64,000 nt of DNA from Gammaproteobacteria bacterium (GTDB lineage Bacteria > Pseudomonadota > Gammaproteobacteria > Steroidobacterales > PWYM01), in assembly GCA_007693855.1 (NCBI GenBank), contig RECU01000045.1, positions 14,536-78,535 on the forward strand, given 5' to 3'. The notes beneath the pieces are model-generated. The model saw nothing but the letters and a program-made list of their open reading frames with translations. It was not told the origin of the DNA and made no database searches. This document shows positions 31,715 to 41,804 of this stretch, one piece after another. The position numbers and the translations under genes were made by a program. Positions within the stretch are counted from its first letter, which is position 1; each line of letters starts with the position of its first letter.

Positions 31715-34700
31715 GTGCCCGGCTCCGCGATCGGGGCCGGGCCCGCGGCGCGGCGTGGGCGAACATCGAGGAGCGAGTAGACCACCGGGATGACCACCAG
31801 CGTAAGCAGCGTTGAGACCAGCAGCCCGCCGATGACCGCGATGGCCATCGGCGCCCGGATTTCAGCGCCCTCGCCGAGGCCCACGGCCATGGGCATCAGC
31901 CCCAGCACGGTGGTCAGCGTGGTCATCAGGATCGGCCGCAGGCGCACGCTGCCAGCCTGACGGATGGCCTCGATTTTCTCGAGGCCCTGCTCGCGGAGTT
32001 GGTTGATGAAATCGACGAGCACGATCGCGTTGTTGACCACGATCCCGGCCAGCATGATGATGCCGATGAAGGCCACGACGTTGAGCGTGGTGCCGGTCAG
32101 GTAGAGTGCCAGGACCGCGCCGACGAGCGCCAGCGGAATGGTAAACAGGATCACGAAAGGGTGTACCAGCGATTCGAACTGTGAGGCCATGACCAGGTAG
32201 ACGAGGAACACGGCCATCAGCAGGGTGAACTGCATCGAGCGCAGGGCCTCGGTCATCTCCTCGCTCTGACCAGCGACCTGCAGGCCTACCCCGGCCGGCA
32301 GCACCAGGCCGGCAAGCTCGCCGCGCAGGGCCTCGACCGCGCTGCCGAGGTCGCCCTCCGTCAGGCTCGCCGAGACGAGGGCGACACGTGACTGGTCGAC
32401 CCGCCGGATCTCCGCGGGTCCGGTGGCTACGCGGATGTCGGCAACCGCCTCCAGCGGCACCGGCCGCGCGGAGCCGGGGTTGACGATCAGGCCGCGCAAC
32501 TCCGCGAGTGATGCCTGGCGGCTGTCGATGCTGCGCACCAGCACATCGATCTCCCTGTCGCGCCAGGTGTAACGTGTCGCAACGTCGCCGCGAACGCTGC
32601 TGACCACGCGATCGGCGATGTCCCGGACCATCAGGCCCAGACGCGCCGCACGCTCGTGATCGAAAATGATCTGGATCTCGGGATTGCCCCCTTCGACGGT
32701 GGTGCGGACGTCACTGAATCGGTCCTGGCGGGCAAGCAGGCTGCGCACCTGTTCCGCGACGCCGTTGATCTGCTCAAGATCGAAACCGCTGATCTCCACC
32801 TCGAGCGGTGTGGCGAAGCTCAGGAGCTCCGGCTGCCGAAACTCGTACTGGATGCCCGGGATGGCGTCGAGTTCGCTACGCATCCGGTTGATCACCGCCC
32901 GTTCGCGGGCGGCGGCGGTGCCGGTGAGGCGCACGTTAAGGGTGCCCGTGTGCTCGCCGGCGTCCACGGGGCTGGCATCCAGGCGATTACCCGTGCCCGC
33001 CACCGAGTAGGTGAGGGCGATCTCCGGTTGGCGGGCGGCGATCTGCTGCAAGGCCGCCAGCGCCTCGTCGGTCCGCGCCAATGGCGAGCCCGGTTGCAGG
33101 CGGATCTCCACGGCGAACTCGCCCTGGGAGAACTGCGGGATCAGTTCGGTACCCAGACGCGGTACCAGCAGCATGGTGGCCGCAAAACAGCCACCCGCCA
33201 GCAGCAGCACGGCCGCGCGGTGGCGCAGTGACCAGTCGAGCAGGGGGGCATACACGCGCGCTACCCCGGCCAGCAGCCCCTGGCAGGGCCAGACGAGCAG
33301 CACGTGTGCCACACGCCCGGTCAGCCAGGCTACGCCGGCACCGGCCCGGCGACACTGGCGCAACAGCCCGGCCAGTGCCCGGGTCACCCGATTGGGTGTG
33401 CCGGCGGTATCCGGTTCTTCGCTGTGGCGCGAGTTGGCGCGCAGCGAGGCCAGCATCGGAATCAGCGTCAGCGCGACCAGCAGCGAAAACAGCAGTGCGA
33501 AGGTCACCGTCAGGGCCTGGTCGCGGAACAGCTGACCAGCGACCCCGGTGATGAAGACCATGGGAAAGAACACCGCGATGGACGTCAGGGTCGCGGCCGT
33601 TACCGCGCTGGCGACCTCGCGGGTGCCCCGCCGCGCCGCCTCCAGCACGTCGCGGCCCTGCTCACGATGGCGTACGACGTTTTCCAGCACGACGATGGCA
33701 TTGTCCACCAGCAGCCCGACGGCCAGCGCGATCCCACCGAGCGACATGATGTTGAGCGTGATGTCGGTGGCGAACATCAGCAGGAAGGTGCCGATGACCG
33801 AGACGGGAATCGCCAGGCCCACGATGACTGTCGCTCTGAAGTTACGCAGGAATCCGTAGAGCACCAGGATCGCCAGCAGCCCGCCGAGCAGCGCCGCCGA
33901 GCGTACTTGCTGAATGGCGGCAGAGATGAACACCGACTGGTCGTTGATCACCACGAGTTCGAGGTTTGACGGCAGCGAACGCTGCAGGAGGGTCAGGCGA
34001 TCGGCGATGTTGCCGGCGACGCGAACGGTGTTCGCATCGCCTTCACGATACAGGCCGATCTCGATGCTCTCTGCGCCATCGAGGCGCGTGATGGCTTCGC
34101 GCTCCCGAAACCCGCGCTTCACCTCGGCGATATCGCGCAGAAACACCGACTGGCCGTTCTGGCTGGCGACGATGCTGTCGGCCATCTGCTGCACGCTGCG
34201 GAACTCGTTGACCGTGCGCACCAGGAAGCGCTCGCTGCCCTGCTCGAGGCGGCCACCGGAGAGATTGACATTCTCCGCACGGATGCGGGCCGCCACCTGT
34301 TCTATGCCCAGACCGAGCTGTGCCAGGCGCTGCTGATCCACGAGGACCTGGATTTCCTCCTCGAGCCCGCCGCTCACCTTGACCGCCGCGACGCCCTCGA
34401 TGGCCTCAAGTCCCGTGCGCAGCTGCTCATCGGCGAGTCGGCGCAGCTGTCGCAGCCGATCGGTGTCGTCGGCGAATCGCAGGGGCGCAGGCCTCGGGCG
34501 CGCCGTGGCCCCGCGACTCTCCGCGCCTGCTGCCGGTGACGTCGCGTCGCGTGACTCGCGCTCGACCAGGGCGATACGGACGACCGGCTCGCTGCCAGGG
34601 TCGAAACGCAGCAACAGGGGACGGGTGGCGGTGAGCGGCAGCTGCAGGAGGTCGAGTTTCTCGCGCACCTCGACCGCCGCGAGGTCCATCTGGGTGCCCC

Positions 34701-34989
34701 AACTGAATTCCAGGATGACGTCAGACTGGCCGGCCCGCGACACCGAACGGACTTTCCGCACCCCACGCACGACGCCGACGCCTTCCTCGATGGCTCGTGT
34801 GAGCAGGGTCTCGATTTCCTGGGGTGCGGCGCCGGTCAGCTCGGTGCGTACCGTCAGTGTAGGGTAGGAGAGGTCAGGCAGCAGGGTGACATTGAGCCTG
34901 CTGAGCGCGACCAGGCCGAACAGGACAACCGCCACGGTCGCCATGGCAATGGTGACCCGGCGATCGGTGGCGACGTCGATCAGCTTCAT
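31711..34989 (-). CDS. RND efflux transporter permease (AcrB/MdtB-like) with low-complexity insertions
   Basis: 1092 aa. [16 protein letters not shown]. An Arg/Ala/Pro-rich insertion lies near residues 130-175. 4-nt overlap with the adaptor gene. Confidence 0.92.
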   Translation of the reverse strand: MKLIDVATDRRVTIAMATVAVVLFGLVALSRLNVTLLPDLSYPTLTVRTELTGAAPQEIETLLTRAIEEGVGVVRGVRKVRSVSRAGQSDVILEFSWGTQMDLAAVEVREKLDLLQLPLTATRPLLLRFDPGSEPVVRIALVERESRDATSPAAGAESRGATARPRPAPLRFADDTDRLRQLRRLADEQLRTGLEAIEGVAAVKVSGGLEEEIQVLVDQQRLAQLGLGIEQVAARIRAENVNLSGGRLEQGSERFLVRTVNEFRSVQQMADSIVASQNGQSVFLRDIAEVKRGFREREAITRLDGAESIEIGLYREGDANTVRVAGNIADRLTLLQRSLPSNLELVVINDQSVFISAAIQQVRSAALLGGLLAILVLYGFLRNFRATVIVGLAIPVSVIGTFLLMFATDITLNIMSLGGIALAVGLLVDNAIVVLENVVRHREQGRDVLEAARRGTREVASAVTAATLTSIAVFFPMVFITGVAGQLFRDQALTVTFALLFSLLVALTLIPMLASLRANSRHSEEPDTAGTPNRVTRALAGLLRQCRRAGAGVAWLTGRVAHVLLVWPCQGLLAGVARVYAPLLDWSLRHRAAVLLLAGGCFAATMLLVPRLGTELIPQFSQGEFAVEIRLQPGSPLARTDEALAALQQIAARQPEIALTYSVAGTGNRLDASPVDAGEHTGTLNVRLTGTAAARERAVINRMRSELDAIPGIQYEFRQPELLSFATPLEVEISGFDLEQINGVAEQVRSLLARQDRFSDVRTTVEGGNPEIQIIFDHERAARLGLMVRDIADRVVSSVRGDVATRYTWRDREIDVLVRSIDSRQASLAELRGLIVNPGSARPVPLEAVADIRVATGPAEIRRVDQSRVALVSASLTEGDLGSAVEALRGELAGLVLPAGVGLQVAGQSEEMTEALRSMQFTLLMAVFLVYLVMASQFESLVHPFVILFTIPLALVGAVLALYLTGTTLNVVAFIGIIMLAGIVVNNAIVLVDFINQLREQGLEKIEAIRQAGSVRLRPILMTTLTTVLGLMPMAVGLGEGAEIRAPMAIAVIGGLLVSTLLTLVVIPVVYSLLDVRPRRAAGPAPIAEPGT

Positions 34990-36068
34990 GGCTGGCGACC
35001 GGACGCCCGACCCGCGCTGCGTACGGGGGTACCGTCACGCAGGGCATTCTGACCCACGACCACCACCTCGTCGCCGTCGCGCAAGCCGGAAGTGATCTCG
35101 ATGAACTCGCCGCTGGTGAATCCGGTGGTCACGTCCTGGCGTCGGGCCGTCCCCTCATTGACCACGAAAACCGCATCGCCCCCGTCGGTGTCCAGCAGCG
35201 CCGCCCGTGGCACCAGCAGGACATCTTCGCGGCGCTCGTAGACGACGGCGAACCGGCCGAACATGCCGGGGCTGAGCCGGTCATCGGGATCGGGGATCTC
35301 CAGGGTGACCCGGAAGGTTCCGGTGGCAGGGTCGATGACCGGACTGATGCGCTTCACGCGCCCGGTAAACCGCGCGCCGCCCAGGGCATCCACCTGGACC
35401 TCTGTCGGTTGACCGGGGGAGAGCCTGGCGAATTCCCGCTCCGGGACGAACAGGTAGGCCAGCAGCGGTGCGCGACTGGTGATACGGAAGGTTGGATCAC
35501 CAGCGTTGATGGTATTGCCCACGCGCACATGGCGCTCGGCGATGATTCCGGCGATGGGTGCCCGGATCCGGGTGTACTCGTATTCCAGCGCGCGTCGCTC
35601 ATAGACCGCCTGCATGGCATCGAGCTCGAAGCGCAGCATCTCGTGGGCCTCGGAACTGATCAGGCCCCGGCGAAACATCTCGAGGTTTCGCTCATAGTCC
35701 CGCTGCAGGCGCCCGAGGTTCGCCTCGGCTTCACGCTTTTCCAGCCTCAGGCGGTCCCCATCCAGCCGGGCGAGGACCTGACCGACTGCGACATGGTCGC
35801 CTTCTTCCGCCAGCAGGGCCACGAGTTCCCCGGCGACCCGGGCGACCACGGTCGCTTCCTCGTCGACTTCGAGTGACGCTGTGCCGGTCCAGTTGGCCGC
35901 CACGGCGCCCCGTGTCGTGGTTGCCAGTTCGACGGGCACACTTGCGGGCGCTGCCGGTTCCGCATCACTGTCGTTGGCAGTGCCCGGGCTGCAACCCGCC
36001 AGTGTCAGCAGTGCGGTCAGCAGAAGAAACGGCTGGACCGGGGAGGTGGGAATAACATGACGTGTCAT
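34986..36068 (-). CDS. RND efflux periplasmic adaptor (membrane fusion protein) lipoprotein
   Basis: Lipobox LTLAGCS. Barrel-sandwich/coiled-coil hairpin pattern (IRAPIAGII...). First gene of the 3-gene pump operon. Confidence 0.9.
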   Translation of the reverse strand: MTRHVIPTSPVQPFLLLTALLTLAGCSPGTANDSDAEPAAPASVPVELATTTRGAVAANWTGTASLEVDEEATVVARVAGELVALLAEEGDHVAVGQVLARLDGDRLRLEKREAEANLGRLQRDYERNLEMFRRGLISSEAHEMLRFELDAMQAVYERRALEYEYTRIRAPIAGIIAERHVRVGNTINAGDPTFRITSRAPLLAYLFVPEREFARLSPGQPTEVQVDALGGARFTGRVKRISPVIDPATGTFRVTLEIPDPDDRLSPGMFGRFAVVYERREDVLLVPRAALLDTDGGDAVFVVNEGTARRQDVTTGFTSGEFIEITSGLRDGDEVVVVGQNALRDGTPVRSAGRASGRQP

Positions 36069-36090
36069 GGGGACGGCCTAGGTGAGTCGC

Positions 36091-36120
36091 TGTTATAGTC
36101 TAGTATAACACCAGATCAAG
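36091..36120 (-). promoter_or_regulatory. Putative sigma-70 promoter with overlapping operator palindrome for the RND operon
   Basis: The minus strand reads TTGATC-N16-TATAAC. The inverted repeat TGTTATA-N6-TATAACA (36091-36110) spans the -10 region, within an AT-rich island. Confidence 0.45.
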
Positions 36121-36130
36121 TGCCCGCAAG

Positions 36131-36165
36131 CCCTAAACGAACGAGCCGGCCCCTGAAGGGCCGGC
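36131..36165 (-). terminator. Rho-independent terminator downstream of prc
   Basis: The stem GCCGGCCC/GGGCCGGC with loop CTGAA is followed on the minus strand by TCGTTCGTTT. Confidence 0.55.
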
Positions 36166-36207
36166 CCGGTGTACTCCAATGGCTGCCCGGCAGCCACCGG
36201 TCCTGGA

Positions 36208-38328
36208 TCAACGTAGCGCTGCTGCCAGCCGCTCCAGCTCATCTGGCGCCAACATGCCAATATGTACCATGTCGGCGACGATGTCGGCGGCCTGGTCCAG
36301 AATCACGTCAGGCGCCTCGGTCTGACCGAGGGCTTCGAGATCCGGCAGCAGTGGCAGTCCGCGTGCCTCACGGCGGGCGTTTTCCCGTGCGAGCCGGGCC
36401 TGCTCGCTCATTTCACGCTCCGCGCGACGGACCTCGAGGTTGAGTGACACCTCTTCGCGCTCGCGCATGTCCCGGAAGGCGGCGATGTCGCCTAGCAGGA
36501 AATCCATGTCCGGATCGCTTTGTGTCCGCTCGTCCTGGAGATGCGTCAGCAGCGAGATCGCGGGTTGGGACAGCAGGGGGCGGCTGCGAAAGCGGGTGGG
36601 CGAAATCTGATCCCAGGGCAGGGCGGTGTCGCGCGCGCTCTCGCCGACGAGGCTGCTGTCGATCGGTGAGGGCAGGGCGATATCCGGCTCGACGCCCCGA
36701 TGCTGGGTGCCGCCACCCGTCACGCGGTAATACTTGCCGATGGTCAGGGTCAATTGGCCGAAACCCTCGCCCTGCATGAAGCGGTCGAGGCTGTAGAGGT
36801 TCTGCACCGTGCCCTTGCCGAAGGTCCGCTGACCGATGACGAGTCCACGGCCGTAATCCTGAATCGCGGCCGCAAAGATTTCCGACGCCGAGGCCGAGTA
36901 GCGATTGACCAGCACCGCCAGCGGGCCGTCGTACACCGGTGCACCGTTGGTGTCGTCGAGGATTTCGACCTGGCCGCGGCTGTTGCGCAGCTGGACCACC
37001 GGACCGCGATCGAGGAACAGGCCAGCGAGGGCGGTCGCTTCGGTGAGATGGCCCCCGCCGTTGCCACGCAGGTCCATGACCACGCCATCGACCCCAGCCT
37101 CGTCGAGCTCCCTGAGCAGGCGTTCGACGTCCCGGGTGGTGCTGGTGTACTCCTGGTCACCCCGCGCCCTGGCGGCATAGTCCTGGTAGAAACTGGGCAC
37201 CCTGATGACGCCGACGCGCAGGGTGTCGCCGTTGCGCTCGATCTCGCGGATGTCCTTGCTGGCTGCCTGCGCCTCCAGACGAACCTTGTCCCGCACCAGC
37301 TCGATTACGGTCTCCTGGCTCCCAGGCGGTGTGCCCGCCGGCAGCACCCGCAGGCGCACGGTGCTGCCGCCCGGGCCGCGGATCAACTGCACGACATCGT
37401 CCAGGCGCCACCCGACCACGTCTTCGAAATCGCCGTCGTCGCCCTGACCCACGCCGGTAATGCGATCGCGGGGCTTCAGCGTGCCGTCGGCGGCCGCAGG
37501 CCCACCGGGGATGATGTCCGCCACCATGACGAGGTCATCCTCGATCTGCAGCGAGGCGCCAATGCCGTCGTACGACAGGCTCATCTGGATCCGGTATTCC
37601 TCTGAGTTGCGTGGTGACAGATAGCTGGTGTGCGGATCCATCGTCTGCGCGAAGGCATTCATGAAGGACTCGAAGACATCGTCGCTGTTGATCTGGTCGA
37701 GGCGCGTGAGCATGCGCCGGTACCGAGTGCCCAGCGTCTCCGCAGCTTCTTCCCATTCACGACCCGCCAGCACCAGGGACAGCGCGTCGTTCTTCACGCG
37801 CTTGCGCCAGAGCTCATCGAGTTCCGCTCGCGTTGCGGGCCATGCGAGATCGCTACGGTCGAAGCGGAAGGTCTCGTCGGTATCGAAATCGATGGGCTCT
37901 TCGAGCAGCGCAATGGCGAATTCGAGGCGCTCGCGGGAGCGCTCACGGTAGATGCGGAACATTTCGAATACCGGCTCGAGCTCCCCGGTGCGCACGCGGT
38001 TATCCAGTTCGAAGCGGTAGCGGTTGAAGTTGGACACGTCCGACGCCAGAAGGTAGAGGCGTTGGCCGTCGAGATTGTCCAGATAACGGTCGAGGATTGC
38101 CGAGGACAGGGCGTTGTCCACGCGTGCCCGTCGGTAGTGGAACCGTTCCATGAACTCGGTGACCTTGCGGCTGACCTGGCGGTGACGGTCGCTCAATGCG
38201 AGTTCGCCGGCCTCCATACTGGTGCCGTTGACCTCGATCGTGCGGCCGTTGGCATGTTGTGGCCAGATTTGCAGGCTGAGCGCACCGAGCAGTGCGAAGA
38301 CCAGGGTGATCCGGACTATAATCTTCAT
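36208..38328 (-). CDS. prc: Tail-specific (C-terminal processing) protease, S41 family
   Basis: 706 aa. Signal peptide, PDZ domain, catalytic region SASASEIFAAAIQDYGRGLVIGQRTFGKGTVQ. Confidence 0.92.
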   Translation of the reverse strand: MKIIVRITLVFALLGALSLQIWPQHANGRTIEVNGTSMEAGELALSDRHRQVSRKVTEFMERFHYRRARVDNALSSAILDRYLDNLDGQRLYLLASDVSNFNRYRFELDNRVRTGELEPVFEMFRIYRERSRERLEFAIALLEEPIDFDTDETFRFDRSDLAWPATRAELDELWRKRVKNDALSLVLAGREWEEAAETLGTRYRRMLTRLDQINSDDVFESFMNAFAQTMDPHTSYLSPRNSEEYRIQMSLSYDGIGASLQIEDDLVMVADIIPGGPAAADGTLKPRDRITGVGQGDDGDFEDVVGWRLDDVVQLIRGPGGSTVRLRVLPAGTPPGSQETVIELVRDKVRLEAQAASKDIREIERNGDTLRVGVIRVPSFYQDYAARARGDQEYTSTTRDVERLLRELDEAGVDGVVMDLRGNGGGHLTEATALAGLFLDRGPVVQLRNSRGQVEILDDTNGAPVYDGPLAVLVNRYSASASEIFAAAIQDYGRGLVIGQRTFGKGTVQNLYSLDRFMQGEGFGQLTLTIGKYYRVTGGGTQHRGVEPDIALPSPIDSSLVGESARDTALPWDQISPTRFRSRPLLSQPAISLLTHLQDERTQSDPDMDFLLGDIAAFRDMREREEVSLNLEVRRAEREMSEQARLARENARREARGLPLLPDLEALGQTEAPDVILDQAADIVADMVHIGMLAPDELERLAAALR

Positions 38329-38483
38329 AAGTGAGATTCGCCTTGCTTCGGGTCTGCTGAACGAGTGAGCCGGGAATCGCCTGCTGCGACCGGTGGCCCA
38401 AGCTTAAACCTAAACCGCGCCCGGCAGCCGATCAAGCTCGCCACCGCTGAAATGCGACGGGCGCCCAGTGCCTGGGAGGGGCC

Positions 38484-38771
38484 ATGCAACCATTGACGAT
38501 GCTGACCGGGGTGATCCTGGGGTCGGTGTTTGCCATCGGGCTGAGCCTCTCCGTGGTCCTGCTGCTGTTGACGATTGTCGGCACTGACTATCCTCAGGTG
38601 GCTGCCGAGCGCGATGGATTGGCCACCGCCATCGCCATCTTCTGGGCTTTGACCGCAGTGGCGGGCGCCAGTTTCGTCGGCCTGATTCGCCGCGGCTGGT
38701 GGCGCTGGCCGGCGCAGGTGCTGCTATGGGGTGCGCTGGTGGTCACCGGGCTGTATTACTGGCCGGACTGA
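38484..38771 (+). CDS. Small integral membrane protein, unknown function
   Basis: GGGAGGGG Shine-Dalgarno. 95 aa with three hydrophobic helices. Confidence 0.55.
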   Translation: MQPLTMLTGVILGSVFAIGLSLSVVLLLLTIVGTDYPQVAAERDGLATAIAIFWALTAVAGASFVGLIRRGWWRWPAQVLLWGALVVTGLYYWPD

Positions 38772-39058
38772 ACCGACCGGCCAGCGTCCTGGCAGAGGTC
38801 GGCGAGCATGCCGGTCAGTGCCAGGCAGATGTCGTGGAAGTCCGTGGCATCGGGCGGTGCCGCGCCTGGCCCTGACGAGGCGATAGCGGTATGCGCCAAC
38901 CGGCGCACACGCGCCGGGTAACTGCGCATCAGTGCCCAACTGCGGTAGTCGCGCGCGCGCCGAAACCACTGCTCGCCCGCCCCCTGGCCGCGATTGAGTT
39001 CCTCGTCGAGCGCGGCAGAGGCCTGTGTGCGCAATATTTCAAGCAGTTCAGGGCGCAA
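38756..39058 (-). CDS. Hypothetical protein; ORF lies in frame with dps behind its TGA stop
   Basis: 100 codons counted from the TTG (track start). No Shine-Dalgarno. Same reading frame as dps, separated by a TGA plus 10 sense codons. GC3 is mostly high. Confidence 0.35.
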   Translation of the reverse strand: MRPELLEILRTQASAALDEELNRGQGAGEQWFRRARDYRSWALMRSYPARVRRLAHTAIASSGPGAAPPDATDFHDICLALTGMLADLCQDAGRSVQSGQ

Positions 39059-39088
39059 GGGACGATGCCGGCGGCACGATGCCCGTGC

Positions 39089-39556
39089 TCAGGCGAGCAG
39101 GCTTCGCAGCATCCAGGCGTTTTTCTCGTGAATCTGCATGCGTTGGGTGAGCAGGTCGGCGGTGGGTTCATCGCCAGCTGCATCAGCTGCGGGGAAGACG
39201 CTACGGGCCGTGCGGGCGACCGCTTCCTGGCCCTGGACCAGCTGCCGGATCATGTCTTCGGCGGCAGGGACTCCGGTCTCCTCGCTGATCGAAGAGAGCG
39301 CCGCAAACTGCTGATAGGATCCTGGCGCCGGTTCACCGAGCGCCCGGATGCGCTCGGCGATTTCGTCGACCGCGGTCGCAAGTTCCGTGTACTGGGTCTC
39401 GAAGAGGGTGTGCAGGGTCTGGAACATCGGTCCGGTGACATTCCAGTGAAAGTTGTGGGTCTTGAGGTACAGCGTGTAGCTGTCAGCCAGCAGCCGGGAA
39501 AGCCCGCCGGAGATTTCACGGCGTTGTTCTGCAGAAAGGCCGATATTGATGTCCAT
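39089..39556 (-). CDS. dps: DNA starvation/stationary-phase protection protein Dps
   Basis: [24 protein letters not shown], the ferroxidase residues, and the family-typical C-terminus WMLRSLLA. Confidence 0.93.
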   Translation of the reverse strand: MDINIGLSAEQRREISGGLSRLLADSYTLYLKTHNFHWNVTGPMFQTLHTLFETQYTELATAVDEIAERIRALGEPAPGSYQQFAALSSISEETGVPAAEDMIRQLVQGQEAVARTARSVFPAADAAGDEPTADLLTQRMQIHEKNAWMLRSLLA

Positions 39557-39702
39557 GCCCGCCTCCGGGAACGTCGAAGCCAGTTTCTCAGGACCGTAAG
39601 GCTAAGGTGTTCATGGCCGTTTGGCCAATGGATTCTGATGCGGGATGCTGATAGGCCGCGTCTATGATTGGCCCTGAGGACGCTGTCCCTGCTGCCGCTG
39701 CG

Positions 39703-40020
39703 TCAGTCCACGCCGTCGCGGTGGCGCTTGTCCCACAATTCAGCGGCGGAAAAACGGCCCGTGTCATACGGGTTGAAGCCGGCGTCGGCGGGTTTCTCCA
39801 TGGAGAGTTCGTCGGCCCCGAAGTCCAGCTCGGGAGTGCTCGGCCGCTCAGTCGTCGCGGTCGGCAATTTGGCGCGGCCGGGCAGTGGTTTGGCAGCGCG
39901 CAGCACCGGGGGTGTGCTGGCGCGGGGCCGCGAGAGCACCTGGTTCACGTCCATGGCATTGGCGACTTGTGGGCCGTCATTCGCAGGCTTGCCGAACAGG
40001 GACTTGAGCAACCTTTTCAT
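39703..40020 (-). CDS. Hypothetical protein (start uncertain; the track ORF extends to a GTG at 40167)
   Basis: MKRLLKSLFGKP... is low complexity with the C-terminal segment GFNPYDTGRFSAAELW. The upstream 40021-40167 part is AT-richer and looks intergenic. Confidence 0.45.
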   Translation of the reverse strand: MKRLLKSLFGKPANDGPQVANAMDVNQVLSRPRASTPPVLRAAKPLPGRAKLPTATTERPSTPELDFGADELSMEKPADAGFNPYDTGRFSAAELWDKRHRDGVD

Positions 40021-40163
40021 GAACTGGTCGGGCTCCGAGTGCTGGGTAGGTGCCGCCGGGTAGCCTGCGTCAGGCAGACTGCCGCGAATTTCCAAAACGA
40101 TACCAGCAAAAGCAGCGATTTTGCGCCGAAAGGCTAGAGTAGCAGAAGAATCTGTGACGAGGT

Positions 40164-40532
40164 TCACGTTTCGGTAGGGGTTTGCTCTGCGGCCGTGTTG
40201 TGGTCTCCGTCGCGCGGGCCCTGGCCGTATCGGCGACGGGCCCGGAGTGCGCCCCTGGCCAGTCGCAGCAGCGTGATGACCAGCAATGGCGAGAGCACCA
40301 GCAGCCAGGCACCCCGATCACCGGCCGCCAGCGCGGCGAACAGGGCGCCGAGAAAGCTGCCGGCCCCTCCCGTGCCGCCTTCATAGGGGCCAAAAAATGC
40401 GCTGCCTACGTAATACACCGCCAGCGGCAAGGCCACGAATCCCAGCGCCAGCAGCACCAGCACACCCAACGATTCGCCAAGCAGCCGGTTGTGCAGGCGG
40501 CCGTGCTGATGCAGTCTTGATGGCGTCTTCAT
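40164..40532 (-). CDS. Small membrane protein, unknown function
   Basis: 122 aa with two or three TM helices. No obvious Shine-Dalgarno. Confidence 0.45.
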   Translation of the reverse strand: MKTPSRLHQHGRLHNRLLGESLGVLVLLALGFVALPLAVYYVGSAFFGPYEGGTGGAGSFLGALFAALAAGDRGAWLLVLSPLLVITLLRLARGALRARRRYGQGPRDGDHNTAAEQTPTET

Positions 40533-40709
40533 GGGCGTCGCTTCAGGGGTAGAGTCTCTGGGAGTGGTCTTCGCGGGTTACGGGCGCGAGTATGCCACGG
40601 GTCGACAGGGGCGAATAAATTCTCGGGACTGGTCACCCTGCCAGCGCGCACCGGAGGTATGATCTGGGCGCGCCGCAAACTGGCGCGACTGATGGATTGA
40701 TGCCGCGAT

Positions 40710-41804
40710 ATGGACACGATCAGGAACTGGCTGCGGCGCTATCTTGGCGACCCGCAGGTCGTCGGGATGCTGCTGGTGCTCATCGCACTCACGCTCATCA
40801 TTATCCTGCTGGGCCGCCAGCTGGCGCCGGCGTTCGCAGCGCTCATCATCGCCTATCTGCTGTCGGGCCTGGTGCGGCGTCTGCGCTCGATCGGCCTGCC
40901 CCACCTCGCGGCCGTCATTATCGTGTTCCTGGTCTTCATGACCGCGCTGGTCTTGACCATGTTCTGGCTCGTACCGCTGTTTTTCCGGCAGCTCGCCCAG
41001 CTGGTGCAGCAGATGCCGGCGATTCTCTCTGATGCCCAGGCGCTGCTTCTGAGGCTGCCGGAGCAGTTCCCGGGCGTGATCATGGAGCAACAGGTCACAC
41101 AACTGGTGAGCTCGATCGGCACCGAAATCATGAGTTCCGGTCAGCGCGTCCTGGCCTATTCGGTGAGCTCGGTGTTCGTGGCCATCACGATCATCGTCTA
41201 CCTGATTCTGGTCCCGCTGATGGTGTTCTTCATGATTCGCGATCAGGAGCGTATTCTGGCGTGGCTGGCCGGATTCCTGCCGCGGGACCGCCAGCTCACC
41301 GACACCGTGCTTGCCGAAATCAACGACCAGATCGGCAATTACGTGCGGGGCAAGGTGTGGGAGATCCTGATTGTCGGCAGCGTGACTTACGCCACCTTCA
41401 CCTTCCTCGGGGTGCAGTACACCCTGCTGCTGGCGGTGGCCACCGGGCTGTCGGTGCTGATCCCCTTCGTCGGGGTAGCGGTGGTGACGCTGCCGGTGGC
41501 GGCTGTGGCCTACTTCCAGTTCGGCATTTCGGCCGAGTTCTACTATGTATTGATCGCCTATGGGGTGATTCAGCTGCTCGATGGCAACCTGCTCGCCCCG
41601 CTGCTGTTCAGCGAGGTGGTCAACCTGCATCCCATCGCGATCGTCGTCGCAATCCTCGTGTTCGGCGGGCTGTGGGGTTTCTGGGGCGTATTTTTCGCCA
41701 TTCCGTTGGCCACCGTGGTCAACGCCATTCTGCGGGCGTGGCCGCGCCCGGAAGTCTTTGCCAACGCGGCAGGCCAGGATGATTCCGCGCAGAAGGCCAC
41801 ATGA
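40710..41804 (+). CDS. AI-2E family transporter (PerM/YhhT-like)
   Basis: 364 aa, polytopic, with the typical C-terminal FGGLWGFWGVFFAIPLA. Confidence 0.88.
   Translation: MDTIRNWLRRYLGDPQVVGMLLVLIALTLIIILLGRQLAPAFAALIIAYLLSGLVRRLRSIGLPHLAAVIIVFLVFMTALVLTMFWLVPLFFRQLAQLVQQMPAILSDAQALLLRLPEQFPGVIMEQQVTQLVSSIGTEIMSSGQRVLAYSVSSVFVAITIIVYLILVPLMVFFMIRDQERILAWLAGFLPRDRQLTDTVLAEINDQIGNYVRGKVWEILIVGSVTYATFTFLGVQYTLLLAVATGLSVLIPFVGVAVVTLPVAAVAYFQFGISAEFYYVLIAYGVIQLLDGNLLAPLLFSEVVNLHPIAIVVAILVFGGLWGFWGVFFAIPLATVVNAILRAWPRPEVFANAAGQDDSAQKAT

Noticed and set aside
38891-39667. 258-aa plus-strand ORF covering the dps locus.
   Set aside because: It is antisense to an unambiguous dps gene and its product is low-complexity.
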